Source of the DNA: a virus
Reading direction: 5' to 3' (one strand)
IMG/VR virus record: IMGVR_UViG_3300030107_006096
Span: 20,977-84,976 of that record
DNA: 64,000 nucleotides
Positions 12,729 through 21,674 of this stretch are shown piece after piece. Made by a program: the position numbers and the translations under genes. Under the pieces are notes generated by a model. That model was not told the DNA's origin. It searched no databases and worked only from the letters and a program-made list of their open reading frames with translations. The stretch's first letter is position 1, and each line of letters starts with the position of its first letter.

Positions 12729-13372
12729 AATTAATTACAGAAATGACAGAGGACATTCAACTTCTCGCAGAGGTAAATGAAAAAACCGGCGAGAAGAATT
12801 ATTTCATTGAAGGTGTCTTCATGCAAGCCGGTCAGAAAAATCGTAATAATAGAATCTATCCTTCTGAGATTTTGAACAAAGAAGTTGGTAGATACACTAA
12901 AGAGTATGTTAATAAGAATCGAGCCATGGGTGAATTAAATCACCCACAAGGTCCCACAGTAAATCTTGATCGTGTATCCCATATTATCAAAGAGCTTCGT
13001 GTGGATGGAAATGACATCTATGGGAAGGCAAAAGTGATGGACACACCTATGGGCAAGATTGCAAAAAATCTTATTGATGAGGGTGCTAAACTTGGCGTAT
13101 CTTCCCGTGGAATGGGTTCTTTGAAAGAAAAAAATGGAATCAATGAAGTCCAAAAAGACTTCATGCTTGCTGCTGTAGATATTGTTGCTGACCCATCAGC
13201 ACCAAACGCTTTCGTGAATGGAATAATGGAAGGCGCAGAGTGGGTTTGGGATAACGGACTATTGAAGCAAAAACGAATTGAAGAATATAAAGCAGAGATA
13301 GAAAAAACGTCTAGAGCAGATTTAGAAGAAAAGGCTCTAAAATTGTTCACAGATTTCATGTCAAACTTATAA
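12725..13372 (+). CDS. gp21: Prohead protease gp21
   Basis: MKLITE, GELNHP, LGVSSRGMGS, DIVADPSAPNAFV. Confidence 0.97.
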   Translation: MKLITEMTEDIQLLAEVNEKTGEKNYFIEGVFMQAGQKNRNNRIYPSEILNKEVGRYTKEYVNKNRAMGELNHPQGPTVNLDRVSHIIKELRVDGNDIYGKAKVMDTPMGKIAKNLIDEGAKLGVSSRGMGSLKEKNGINEVQKDFMLAAVDIVADPSAPNAFVNGIMEGAEWVWDNGLLKQKRIEEYKAEIEKTSRADLEEKALKLFTDFMSNL

Positions 13373-13376
13373 AAAC

Positions 13377-13384
13377 TATAAATA
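13377..13384 (+). promoter_or_regulatory. T4-type late promoter for gp22
   Basis: Intergenic TATAAATA upstream of the AAGGAG RBS. Confidence 0.85.
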
Positions 13385-13415
13385 CTAAGATATATCGTCT
13401 ACAAGGAGAAGTCAA

Positions 13416-14561
13416 ATGGAATATATGGATCCAATCGAAACAGCAAGAGCCATTCTTGCAGGAGAACTTTCTGAAACTCTAGATCCCGAAGAGGATCTGG
13501 AAGATACCGCTATTGATGCTGAAATTGAGGAAGACCTCGAAGAAGCAAAGCATAAGAATAATGATGATGAAGATGAAGACAACGATGACGAAGATGATGA
13601 AGAAACTGATGAAGATTACGATGTTCGTCGTGGCAAAAAGGTCAACAAAGAAGCTGTTGTAAATCCTAAGAGCGAGGAAGATAAGGATCTTTATAAAGAT
13701 GCTCAGGGTAAAGGTGCTAAGGTTGCTAAACCAACTGGCAATGCCTCTGGAAAAAACAAAAGCGGCATCAAAGCAAAAGCATCTTCTGCTTCAGGAAAGA
13801 TAGACACACCCACTGCCAGCGGAAGCTCACAGGAAAGATTAGAGCAGCATATGACTACTCTCTTTGATGGTGAAGAACTGACTGAACAGTTTAAGACTAA
13901 GGCTTCTACCATTTTTGAAGCAGCAATAAACGAAAGAGTTAGTGAAGTCGAGGCTTCTTTACTTGAACAGTATGAAGAAGTTATTGAAGAGCATACTGAG
14001 GCTATCTCTAAAGAATTAGCAGAAAAAATCGATAACTATCTCACCTACGTTGTTGAGAAGTGGGTTGAGGAAAATGAAATTGCAATCGAGACTGGCATTC
14101 GTGCTGATATTGCAGAAGATTTTATGACTGGTCTTAAAGAACTTTTCGAGAACTCATATGTTGATGTTCCTGAAGAGAAGAATGATTTAGTTGAGCAACT
14201 CGCAGAAGCAGTTGTTGATCTTCAAGATAAATTAGAAAACGAAATTGCTAGAAATATTGATCTCAAATCAAACGTAATGGAAAGCCGTTGCGAAACAATT
14301 CTGAGTGAAGTTTCTGAAGGACTTGTAGACACAGAAGCAGAAAAACTTCACTCTCTCGCAGAGGGAATTGAATTTGAAGATGAAGATCAGTATCGTGAGA
14401 AGTTAAACATTCTTAGAGAAAGTTATTTTGGAGAATCAGCAGTTTCATTAAATGAAGAAGATTCTTCTAACAATCAAATCGAAACACCCGCTGGTATGGA
14501 AAGATACATGTCTGCTCTTTCTAAATCAGCAAAACTTAGCAAAGAGAACAGGCTATCCTAA
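13416..14561 (+). CDS. gp22: Prohead scaffold protein gp22
   Basis: FKTKASTIFEAA, DNYLTYVVEKWVEENEIAIETGIR, LRESYF; acidic coiled coil. Confidence 0.95.
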   Translation: MEYMDPIETARAILAGELSETLDPEEDLEDTAIDAEIEEDLEEAKHKNNDDEDEDNDDEDDEETDEDYDVRRGKKVNKEAVVNPKSEEDKDLYKDAQGKGAKVAKPTGNASGKNKSGIKAKASSASGKIDTPTASGSSQERLEQHMTTLFDGEELTEQFKTKASTIFEAAINERVSEVEASLLEQYEEVIEEHTEAISKELAEKIDNYLTYVVEKWVEENEIAIETGIRADIAEDFMTGLKELFENSYVDVPEEKNDLVEQLAEAVVDLQDKLENEIARNIDLKSNVMESRCETILSEVSEGLVDTEAEKLHSLAEGIEFEDEDQYREKLNILRESYFGESAVSLNEEDSSNNQIETPAGMERYMSALSKSAKLSKENRLS

Positions 14562-14576
14562 ATTTTAAATCTTATA

Positions 14577-14584
14577 GATAAATA
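14577..14584 (+). promoter_or_regulatory. Late promoter variant GATAAATA for gp23
   Basis: Intergenic ATAAATA core upstream of AAGGAG and ATG 14611. Confidence 0.65.
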
Positions 14585-14610
14585 GTATACTTAAACAAAG
14601 GAGATACGAA

Positions 14611-16104
14611 ATGGACTTTAACGGAGTTACCCCCTACGACCAGTTAGTAGAAAAGTGGTCACCCATCCTTGAACATCCTGAAATGGATGGAATTGAAGAT
14701 GGTTATAGAAGAAAATGTACTGCTGCCATGCTTGAAAATCAGGAAAGAGCATTAGCAGAAGAACGAGGTTATCAGCACAATCTTAGCGAAGCATATCCTT
14801 TAAATGCTGTAGATAGAGCCGGAGATACCGGACTTGCAGGTGTAAATGGTTCACAGCGCCCAATGGGTGGTTATGATCCTATTTTAATCAGTCTCGTCCG
14901 TCGTGCTATGCCTAACTTAATGGCATATGACATTTGCGGTGTTCAGCCAATGAGCGCCCCAACTGGACTTATCTTTGCACTTAAGGCACAACATTCTGGT
15001 GGTGCTGCCGCTGGTGATCAAGAAGCACTCTTCCACGAAGCAGGAAACCGTGGTGGTACTGCTGCTGCTGCTAATGGTGCTACTGCTGCTGCTGACTGGG
15101 ATCCCCTGCTCGGTTTCACTGGTTCTGATATCTCTATCGCTAGAGCAATGACCAGAAATGATGCTGAAGGTTTAGGTGGAGGTTCAATCGGTTTCGCAGA
15201 GATGGCATTCAGCATTGAGCGTACATCCGTTACTGCGAAGACTCGCGCCCTCAAGGCTGAGTATACGACAGAACTTGCTCAGGACCTTAAAGCAGTTCAT
15301 GGACTCGACGCAGAGAGTGAACTTGCTAACATCCTTAGCACTGAAATTCTTTCAGAAATTAACCGTGAAGTCGTTCGTACAATCTACGGTGTTGCTAAAC
15401 TTGGTGGTCAGCAGAGAGATCTGACTTACGCCGGTGCAACAGCCGCTGCTGAACACGCTTATGGTGTTCCTGCCGGTCGTGGACTGGATGGTACAGTTCA
15501 TGGTGGTGGTATCTACGACATCGTAAACGATGCCGACGGACGTTGGAGTGCAGAGCGTTGGAGAGGACTTATGTTCCAGATCGAACGTGAAGCAAACGTA
15601 ATCGCCAAAGAGACTCGTAGAGGAAAAGGTAACGTCATCATGTGCGACAGCGACACTGCTTCAGCACTCGCAATGGCTGGATTCCTTAACATCTCACCTG
15701 CTCTTAACAATAACTTAGACATTGATGATACTGGAAACACTTTTGCCGGTATGCTTAATGGTAAGTTTAAAGTTTATATCGATCCTTATGTTAACGCAAA
15801 CTCAAGTGCATATAGCACTAACACTGCTCAGAACTTCGTTTGTGTTGGATACAGAGGAACAAATCCATATGACGCTGGACTCTTCTACTGCCCATACGTT
15901 CCACTCCAGATGGTTCGTGCAGTTGGTGAGAATACCTTCCAGCCCAAGATTGGATTCAAGACTCGTTACGGATTAGTCAGCAACCCATTCGTCACCACAA
16001 ATGGTGCAAACAATGGTACGCCTGACGGAGAGACATTAACAGTTCGTGTTAATCCTTATTATAGAATTATGCGTCTGATTAATCTCCACGGACAGGGTTC
16101 GTGA
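14611..16104 (+). CDS. gp23: Major capsid protein gp23 (predicted gp21 cleavage after LSE60)
   Basis: LVRRAMPNLMAYDICGVQPM, ELAQDLKAVHGLDAESEL, YCPYVPLQMVRA, FQPKIGFKTRYG. Confidence 0.99.
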   Translation: MDFNGVTPYDQLVEKWSPILEHPEMDGIEDGYRRKCTAAMLENQERALAEERGYQHNLSEAYPLNAVDRAGDTGLAGVNGSQRPMGGYDPILISLVRRAMPNLMAYDICGVQPMSAPTGLIFALKAQHSGGAAAGDQEALFHEAGNRGGTAAAANGATAAADWDPLLGFTGSDISIARAMTRNDAEGLGGGSIGFAEMAFSIERTSVTAKTRALKAEYTTELAQDLKAVHGLDAESELANILSTEILSEINREVVRTIYGVAKLGGQQRDLTYAGATAAAEHAYGVPAGRGLDGTVHGGGIYDIVNDADGRWSAERWRGLMFQIEREANVIAKETRRGKGNVIMCDSDTASALAMAGFLNISPALNNNLDIDDTGNTFAGMLNGKFKVYIDPYVNANSSAYSTNTAQNFVCVGYRGTNPYDAGLFYCPYVPLQMVRAVGENTFQPKIGFKTRYGLVSNPFVTTNGANNGTPDGETLTVRVNPYYRIMRLINLHGQGS

Positions 16105-16132
16105 TCTCCTAACTCGTAACTCCGAGTAAATG

Positions 16133-16161
16133 GGGGAGTCCTTCGGGACTCCCCTTTTTTT
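16133..16161 (+). terminator. Rho-independent terminator with C(UUCG)G tetraloop after gp23
   Basis: GGGGAGTC-CTTCGG-GACTCCCC followed by a T7 run; classic T4-type terminator. Confidence 0.93.
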
Positions 16162-16162
16162 A

Positions 16163-16170
16163 TATAAATA
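16163..16170 (+). promoter_or_regulatory. T4-type late promoter for gp3
   Basis: TATAAATA immediately after the terminator, before GGAGG and ATG 16190. Confidence 0.85.
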
Positions 16171-16189
16171 GTATTATGGAGGGAACATC

Positions 16190-16753
16190 ATGCCAGGATA
16201 TACAGCAGAAAATGAAGTAGCGATTGATGTTAAATATCAAAATTCTGCCTATAAACAACCAGCAGATGATAACTATCTCTTAAATAATGCTTTCAGATTT
16301 AATTTACAAAGGACTCCAACTGTAACTTATTTCTGTCAAAGGGCAGCAATACCTCAACTATCTTTCAATATCATTGAACAGCCCACTAGATTTGGAGCAA
16401 AGGTTTATAAGGCTGGAACCTCTTACGAATATTCTGAACTTGAAATTGAATTTATAGTTGATGAAAGAATGAGAAATTGGCTAGAGTTGCATGATTGGAT
16501 GAGATCATTAAGTAACGCCGAAGACGCATCAGAATTTATTCCATACGAACAACAAACATCTACAGCAGAAATAATAGTCTTAACCAGTGCTTATAAGCCC
16601 TATCTTGCAGTAACATTTAAAGATGTATTTCCGACATCGTTAGGACAGATAAATTTTGATTCTACAATATCAGAAACAGAACCAGTTATATCTTCTGCAA
16701 CATTTAGATATTCGACGTATTCAATAAGAACCTTAGGCGATTTTCGCCCTTGA
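16190..16753 (+). CDS. gp3: Tail completion / tube terminator gp3
   Basis: NYLLNNAFRF, TYFCQRAAIP, FIVDERMRNWLELHDW, FKDVFPTSL; follows gp23 as in marine T4-like phages. Confidence 0.88.
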   Translation: MPGYTAENEVAIDVKYQNSAYKQPADDNYLLNNAFRFNLQRTPTVTYFCQRAAIPQLSFNIIEQPTRFGAKVYKAGTSYEYSELEIEFIVDERMRNWLELHDWMRSLSNAEDASEFIPYEQQTSTAEIIVLTSAYKPYLAVTFKDVFPTSLGQINFDSTISETEPVISSATFRYSTYSIRTLGDFRP

Positions 16754-16777
16754 CTTGTTTTAAAATTATGCTAAAAT
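16750..16777 (+). promoter_or_regulatory. Sigma70-like early promoter for uvsY/uvsW
   Basis: TTGACT (16750-16755), 16-nt spacer, TAAAAT (16772-16777) with an extended -10 TG. Confidence 0.6.
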
Positions 16778-17237
16778 GAAACTCCCATTACAGGAGTCCT
16801 ATATGCGTTTTGATGAAATTAAAAAAATGATTGAAGAAGATATTGTGATGGATTCGACAGAGCTTGATAAAGAGGCTTTAAAGACACCACAACTGCATGG
16901 AAAATATCTAAATATACTGATTGATGAAAAGTTAAAACTATCAAAGTATGACAGTGATTTCAAAAAACTAAAGAGAAAGAAATGGCTTTACTATACAGGA
17001 AAGATGAGTCAAGAAGAATTAAATGAACTGGGTTGGGATCCGTTTGATTTAAATATACTTAAAACTGATATAGATAAGTTTCTAGATTCTGATGATGATT
17101 TAATCGTATTGAACGATAAGATTTTATTTTTAAAAGAAAAGGTGAACTACCTAGAAACCACTTTGAAGATGATTTCAAATAGACAGTGGTTGATAAGAGA
17201 GGCAATCGATTGGGTTAAATTTACGCATGGAACATGA
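16776..17237 (+). CDS. uvsY: Recombination mediator UvsY (likely start ATG 16803)
   Basis: ELDKEALKTPQLHGKYL, KWLYYTGK, ISNRQWLIREAIDW; AGGAG precedes ATG 16803. Confidence 0.9.
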   Translation: MKLPLQESYMRFDEIKKMIEEDIVMDSTELDKEALKTPQLHGKYLNILIDEKLKLSKYDSDFKKLKRKKWLYYTGKMSQEELNELGWDPFDLNILKTDIDKFLDSDDDLIVLNDKILFLKEKVNYLETTLKMISNRQWLIREAIDWVKFTHGT

Positions 17238-18708
17238 TAGTATTCACATAAAACCATATGATGATGTTTACATAAAAGTAGACTGTGAACGGGGAGTTGC
17301 AAAAGAACTTTCTGATTTTTTCACATTCAAAGTTCCTAACTATCAATACACTCCCGCTTTCAAGAATAAAGCATGGGATGGGCAAATAAGACTTTATAAC
17401 ATCTACAAGCAAACGATATACAAAGGTCTTTTAGATTATATCTTAAAGTTTGCAGAAGATAGGGATTATAAAGTAACGTCTTCTTTAGATATACAGGATT
17501 ACAATTTCACGAAAGATGGAATAAAGTCCTTCATTGAAACACATTTAAATATTCCATATTCGCCATATGAACATCAAATAGATGCCGTTCATCATGCAAT
17601 TAATAATGATAGGTGTCTTCTTTTATCTCCTACTGGTTCTGGTAAATCTTTGATCATATATTCTTTAATGAGATACTATTCTGATAAGATAAATGATGAT
17701 AAGAAAATACTAATCATAGTTCCTACAACAGGGCTGGTATCTCAGATGATAAGTGACTTTAAAGATTATTCGAAAGATACAAAATGGAATGCAGGTAAAA
17801 ATTGTCACGCTATATTCTCTGGACAAGACAAATCTACCGATAAGAAAATAGTAATATCAACATGGCAAAGTATTCATAATATGAATGAGAAATATTTTGA
17901 TCAATTTGAAGCTGTGTTTGGGGATGAGTGTCATTTGTTCAAAGCAAAATCATTAACAAAGATAATGAGTAAACTTAAAAAATGTCCCTATCGTTTTGGT
18001 ACAACTGGCACATTGGATGATTCGCAGACACATAAACTTGTAATTGAAGGACTCTTTGGAAGAGTATTTAAAGTTACTACAACGAAACAATTAATGGAGG
18101 AGAATCTTCTTTCTGAACTCAAAATAGATTGCATCACCCTTTCTTATAGCGATGAAGAAGTGCAGGAAATAAAAAGAGCAAAGTATATTGAGGAAATTAA
18201 ATGGCTTATTGCAAGTGAAAAGAGAAACAAATTCATACAAAATTTAGCATCAAATGTTGAAGGGAATACTCTTCTTTTATTCAACTATGTGAAAGAACAT
18301 GGTGTTCCTCTATACGAAAATCTAAAAAAGAAACACAAGGACAAACCCATCTTTATGATTCATGGAGGAACCAGTGTAGAGCAGAGAGAAGAGATTAGGA
18401 ATATTGTAGACAAGGAAAAAAATGCTATTTTAGTGGCTTCATATGGAACATGTTCTACGGGAATCAACATCAAAAACATTCACAATATCATATTTGCTTC
18501 TCCCTCCCGTTCAGTTATTCGTGTCCTACAGTCCATAGGTCGCGGCCTAAGGACTTCGAAGACTAAAAATAAGGTAAGACTATATGATATCAGTGATGAT
18601 TTGAAGTATCTGAAATATGTGAATCATACATACAAACATTTACACGAAAGAATTAAGATATATAATAAAGAGAGATTTGATTTTAAAAGAATCTCTATAA
18701 AACTATAG
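17227..18708 (+). CDS. uvsW: SF2 DNA helicase UvsW
   Basis: WDGQIRL, SPTGSGKS, GDECH, LQSIGRGLR. Confidence 0.96.
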   Translation: MEHDSIHIKPYDDVYIKVDCERGVAKELSDFFTFKVPNYQYTPAFKNKAWDGQIRLYNIYKQTIYKGLLDYILKFAEDRDYKVTSSLDIQDYNFTKDGIKSFIETHLNIPYSPYEHQIDAVHHAINNDRCLLLSPTGSGKSLIIYSLMRYYSDKINDDKKILIIVPTTGLVSQMISDFKDYSKDTKWNAGKNCHAIFSGQDKSTDKKIVISTWQSIHNMNEKYFDQFEAVFGDECHLFKAKSLTKIMSKLKKCPYRFGTTGTLDDSQTHKLVIEGLFGRVFKVTTTKQLMEENLLSELKIDCITLSYSDEEVQEIKRAKYIEEIKWLIASEKRNKFIQNLASNVEGNTLLLFNYVKEHGVPLYENLKKKHKDKPIFMIHGGTSVEQREEIRNIVDKEKNAILVASYGTCSTGINIKNIHNIIFASPSRSVIRVLQSIGRGLRTSKTKNKVRLYDISDDLKYLKYVNHTYKHLHERIKIYNKERFDFKRISIKL

Positions 18709-18718
18709 AGGAGAGTAC

Positions 18719-19441
18719 ATGAAAAGTAAGTACAGAATCTTAAAGTTGAAAAGTGGGGAAGAGATTATTGCTAGAATTGTTGGCTCCACAAGAGAGAAAA
18801 TGACTCTAGAAAGACCTATGGTTTTTAGGACTACTTTTCAAATGGATGGTTTTGGAAGAAAGAGAGAAATTACTTTCCTCCGAGACTGGTTACAAAATAC
18901 CAACGATATTAAAATAGAAATTCCTAAAGATCATATAGCTTCATTTCTTGCTCCCAATAGTGAAGTTTCGAAATTATATGAAATGGAAAAGGAACGAGAT
19001 GACGTTCCTCCAAGTTTAAAATCTCCGGAGATTCCGGACATGAATAATGAAAGTCAATCTTCTGTATCTTCTATATTAGATGAGTTATTGAAAGAAAAGA
19101 TAAATGATGAAGAAGAAAAGTTAGAAGACTTATTGGCAAGTATGGAAGATTTTAAAGAAGATTTCCCAGATCAAATGATGGAAGAAAACGATCCGACTAC
19201 TCAGGAGTTCATAGTTATGAATATGTTATTTCCCCCGTCTATGCTAAAGGATATGATTGATAGGGGAATAATTGATCCAATGGAACTGGGTTCCATACTA
19301 GATTCATTCGGTCCAAAGGAAAATGAACATCCGGAAGGAATGAGTGATAAATATACTGGTGATGAAAATGATAGAGAAGATTTTGGCAATAAGTGGTCAG
19401 ATTGGTCGCCTGATATTAATGATTATTTAAAACCAGAATAA
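18719..19441 (+). CDS. Hypothetical protein with Sm-like N-terminal domain and acidic tail
   Basis: ILKLKSGEEIIARI N-terminus, typical of the gene between uvsW and gp55 in aquatic T4-like phages. Confidence 0.55.
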   Translation: MKSKYRILKLKSGEEIIARIVGSTREKMTLERPMVFRTTFQMDGFGRKREITFLRDWLQNTNDIKIEIPKDHIASFLAPNSEVSKLYEMEKERDDVPPSLKSPEIPDMNNESQSSVSSILDELLKEKINDEEEKLEDLLASMEDFKEDFPDQMMEENDPTTQEFIVMNMLFPPSMLKDMIDRGIIDPMELGSILDSFGPKENEHPEGMSDKYTGDENDREDFGNKWSDWSPDINDYLKPE

Positions 19442-19455
19442 TTGTTCTTCAATCC

Positions 19456-19483
19456 TTGACAAAGGCGATTTTAATCGTACAAT
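19456..19483 (+). promoter_or_regulatory. Sigma70-like promoter for gp55
   Basis: TTGACA (19456-19461), 16-nt spacer, TACAAT (19478-19483); intergenic. Confidence 0.7.
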
Positions 19484-19520
19484 AAAAAGTGTCAAGAAAA
19501 AAATATAAGGTTGAAGAAAA

Positions 19521-20102
19521 ATGAGTAAAAAGAAAAACGCAAATCATTACATTGATAACAAAGTTTTTTATCAAGCGATGATAGAGTGGAAAGAGAAAAT
19601 AAAAGAAGCAGAAGAGGTGGGAGATCCAAGACCTGCTGTTACGGAATATATCGGAAAGTGTTTCATGGATATAGCAGAACACTTAGCATATAGACCTAAT
19701 TTTATGAACTATCCATATAAAGATGAAATGATTGGCGATGGAATAGAAAATTGTATTCTGTACGCTCACAATTTTAATCCAGAAAAATCAAAAAATCCTT
19801 TTTCATATTTCACACAGATCATATACTATGCATTCTTGAGAAGAATAGAAAAGGAAAAGAAAAATTCATACATCAAATATAAGATGTTAGAAATGAATGA
19901 TCCTGAAGGTCTATTTTCGAAATACTTTAAGGATAATTTTTTCAAAGGTGAAGATGATGATAAAAGTATTAAAGACATTTTCAACCTTTCAGAAAAAGAT
20001 ATAGAAAAGTTTGAACCCAAAAAGAAAAAGAAAAGAAAGAAAAAGGCATCTCTTGATGATGTCATGGAAGATGAAGTAAATGAAGATAGCACTAATAAAT
20101 GA
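19521..20102 (+). CDS. gp55: Late-transcription sigma factor gp55
   Basis: HYIDNKVF, RPNFMNYPYKDEMIGDGIENC, NPFSYFTQIIYYAFLRRIEKEKK. Confidence 0.96.
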   Translation: MSKKKNANHYIDNKVFYQAMIEWKEKIKEAEEVGDPRPAVTEYIGKCFMDIAEHLAYRPNFMNYPYKDEMIGDGIENCILYAHNFNPEKSKNPFSYFTQIIYYAFLRRIEKEKKNSYIKYKMLEMNDPEGLFSKYFKDNFFKGEDDDKSIKDIFNLSEKDIEKFEPKKKKKRKKKASLDDVMEDEVNEDSTNK

Positions 20103-21123
20103 CACGCATTTTGGAGCTAGAGGCGATTCACAATTATTCCTAGACTACTTTATGAAATTTTTTGATGAAGTATTCTTTCCCTATGTAAAAGAAAATAATA
20201 TTAAAACTATCATTCATGCAGGTGATTTGATGGATCGCCGCAAGTTTGTAAACTTTAGTATTCTAAATCAAGTTCGCAATCGATTCATCAAACAACTCGA
20301 AGATGAAAATATTCAGATGCATTGTATTATTGGCAATCATGACATCTACTACAGAAATACTAATGATGTTAATTCTACAACAGAGTTGTTCAAGGATGAT
20401 ATTTCAATATATGAAAAGCCCACTGTGATAGATTTTGATGGCTTAAATATTGGATTTTTACCTTGGGTAAATAAAGAAAATTATGAAGAGTCAATTCAAT
20501 TTATTAAGACGGCAAATGCAGCAATTCTAGTCGGACATTTAGAGTTGGATGGATATCAGGTTCTCCGTGGAGTAAAGTATCACGGAGGAATGGATTCTAA
20601 ATTGTTTGATCGTTATGAGAAAGTTCTTTCGGGACATTTTCATTGCCGTCAAGAACAAGATAACATTTACTATCTTGGCACACAATACCAGATGACATTT
20701 GCCGACTTGAATGAAAGAAAAGGCTTTCATATTCTTGACACTGAAACTAGGGAAGTAGAGTTCATCGAAAACCCATATCAAATGTTTCATATACTAGAAT
20801 ATAATGATGAAGATGGTCCAATTGATGTTGATAAGTTAGATTTGGATTACTTAAAAGATTGTTATGTCCGTCTGGACATTCACCATAAGAAACATGCTTA
20901 CAGTTTTGATCGATTTATGGATCGGCTTTACGACGTTGGAGCCGCAAAGATCACAACTGTAGAAGAATCAATAGATGAAAATGAAGAGGAAGAACTTGTT
21001 GACTTAGCTCAGGATACTGTTACACTAATCAATAACGAAATCGATTTATTGGATGAAGTAGAAGACAAACCAAGAATGAAAAAGATAATTAAAGATCTTT
21101 ACATGGAGAGTTTATCGCTGTGA
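20080..21123 (+). CDS. gp47: Recombination endonuclease gp47 (Mre11/SbcD-like)
   Basis: DTHFG, GDLMDRRK, GNHD, SGHFH. Confidence 0.96.
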   Translation: MKIALINDTHFGARGDSQLFLDYFMKFFDEVFFPYVKENNIKTIIHAGDLMDRRKFVNFSILNQVRNRFIKQLEDENIQMHCIIGNHDIYYRNTNDVNSTTELFKDDISIYEKPTVIDFDGLNIGFLPWVNKENYEESIQFIKTANAAILVGHLELDGYQVLRGVKYHGGMDSKLFDRYEKVLSGHFHCRQEQDNIYYLGTQYQMTFADLNERKGFHILDTETREVEFIENPYQMFHILEYNDEDGPIDVDKLDLDYLKDCYVRLDIHHKKHAYSFDRFMDRLYDVGAAKITTVEESIDENEEEELVDLAQDTVTLINNEIDLLDEVEDKPRMKKIIKDLYMESLSL

Positions 21124-21674
21124 ATATTTTTGTACTGGATGAGAATCCACAAACCGCCGCACAAATGATGTGCGACAAGCATGTAGTAAAAATGATTGTA
21201 GAGTCCGGACAAATGCTTTCTACGGCATGGAGAGTTCTAGATGGAGACCAATATACGGAACTGTCTGCAAACAATCGCCGAATCAAAAGATGGAAATTAC
21301 CTTACGAAATGTTTGAGGAGATGTTATACAAAGCCTCATTTGTTGGACATCCATGTACCCAATGGACAATGGAAAATCAAAAGAACTATTATTGGTTAGC
21401 AGAACACGCATATGCTTTGTGTAGAGAATACACTTACAGATATAAAGGTAAAGAACATAAAGCACAAGATATGATTTCTTATATGCGTTATCGTAAACCT
21501 GCGAACATAAAAATGTCAGAGTCTATGACTCCATTTGCTCAAGCGATGCCCGATACATATAAGAACAAAGATGCTGTGAAAGCCTATCGTGCGTATTATC
21601 TCGGCGAAAAAACTGGGTTTGCAAAATGGAGTCACAGAGAAACTCCTACTTGGTATGAGGAGGCATTAGTTTGA
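21120..21674 (+). CDS. Pyrimidine-dimer DNA glycosylase (DenV-like) family protein
   Basis: MNIFVLD...CDKHVVKMIVESGQMLST, HPCTQW, TPFAQAMP, AYRAYY. Confidence 0.75.
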   Translation: MNIFVLDENPQTAAQMMCDKHVVKMIVESGQMLSTAWRVLDGDQYTELSANNRRIKRWKLPYEMFEEMLYKASFVGHPCTQWTMENQKNYYWLAEHAYALCREYTYRYKGKEHKAQDMISYMRYRKPANIKMSESMTPFAQAMPDTYKNKDAVKAYRAYYLGEKTGFAKWSHRETPTWYEEALV

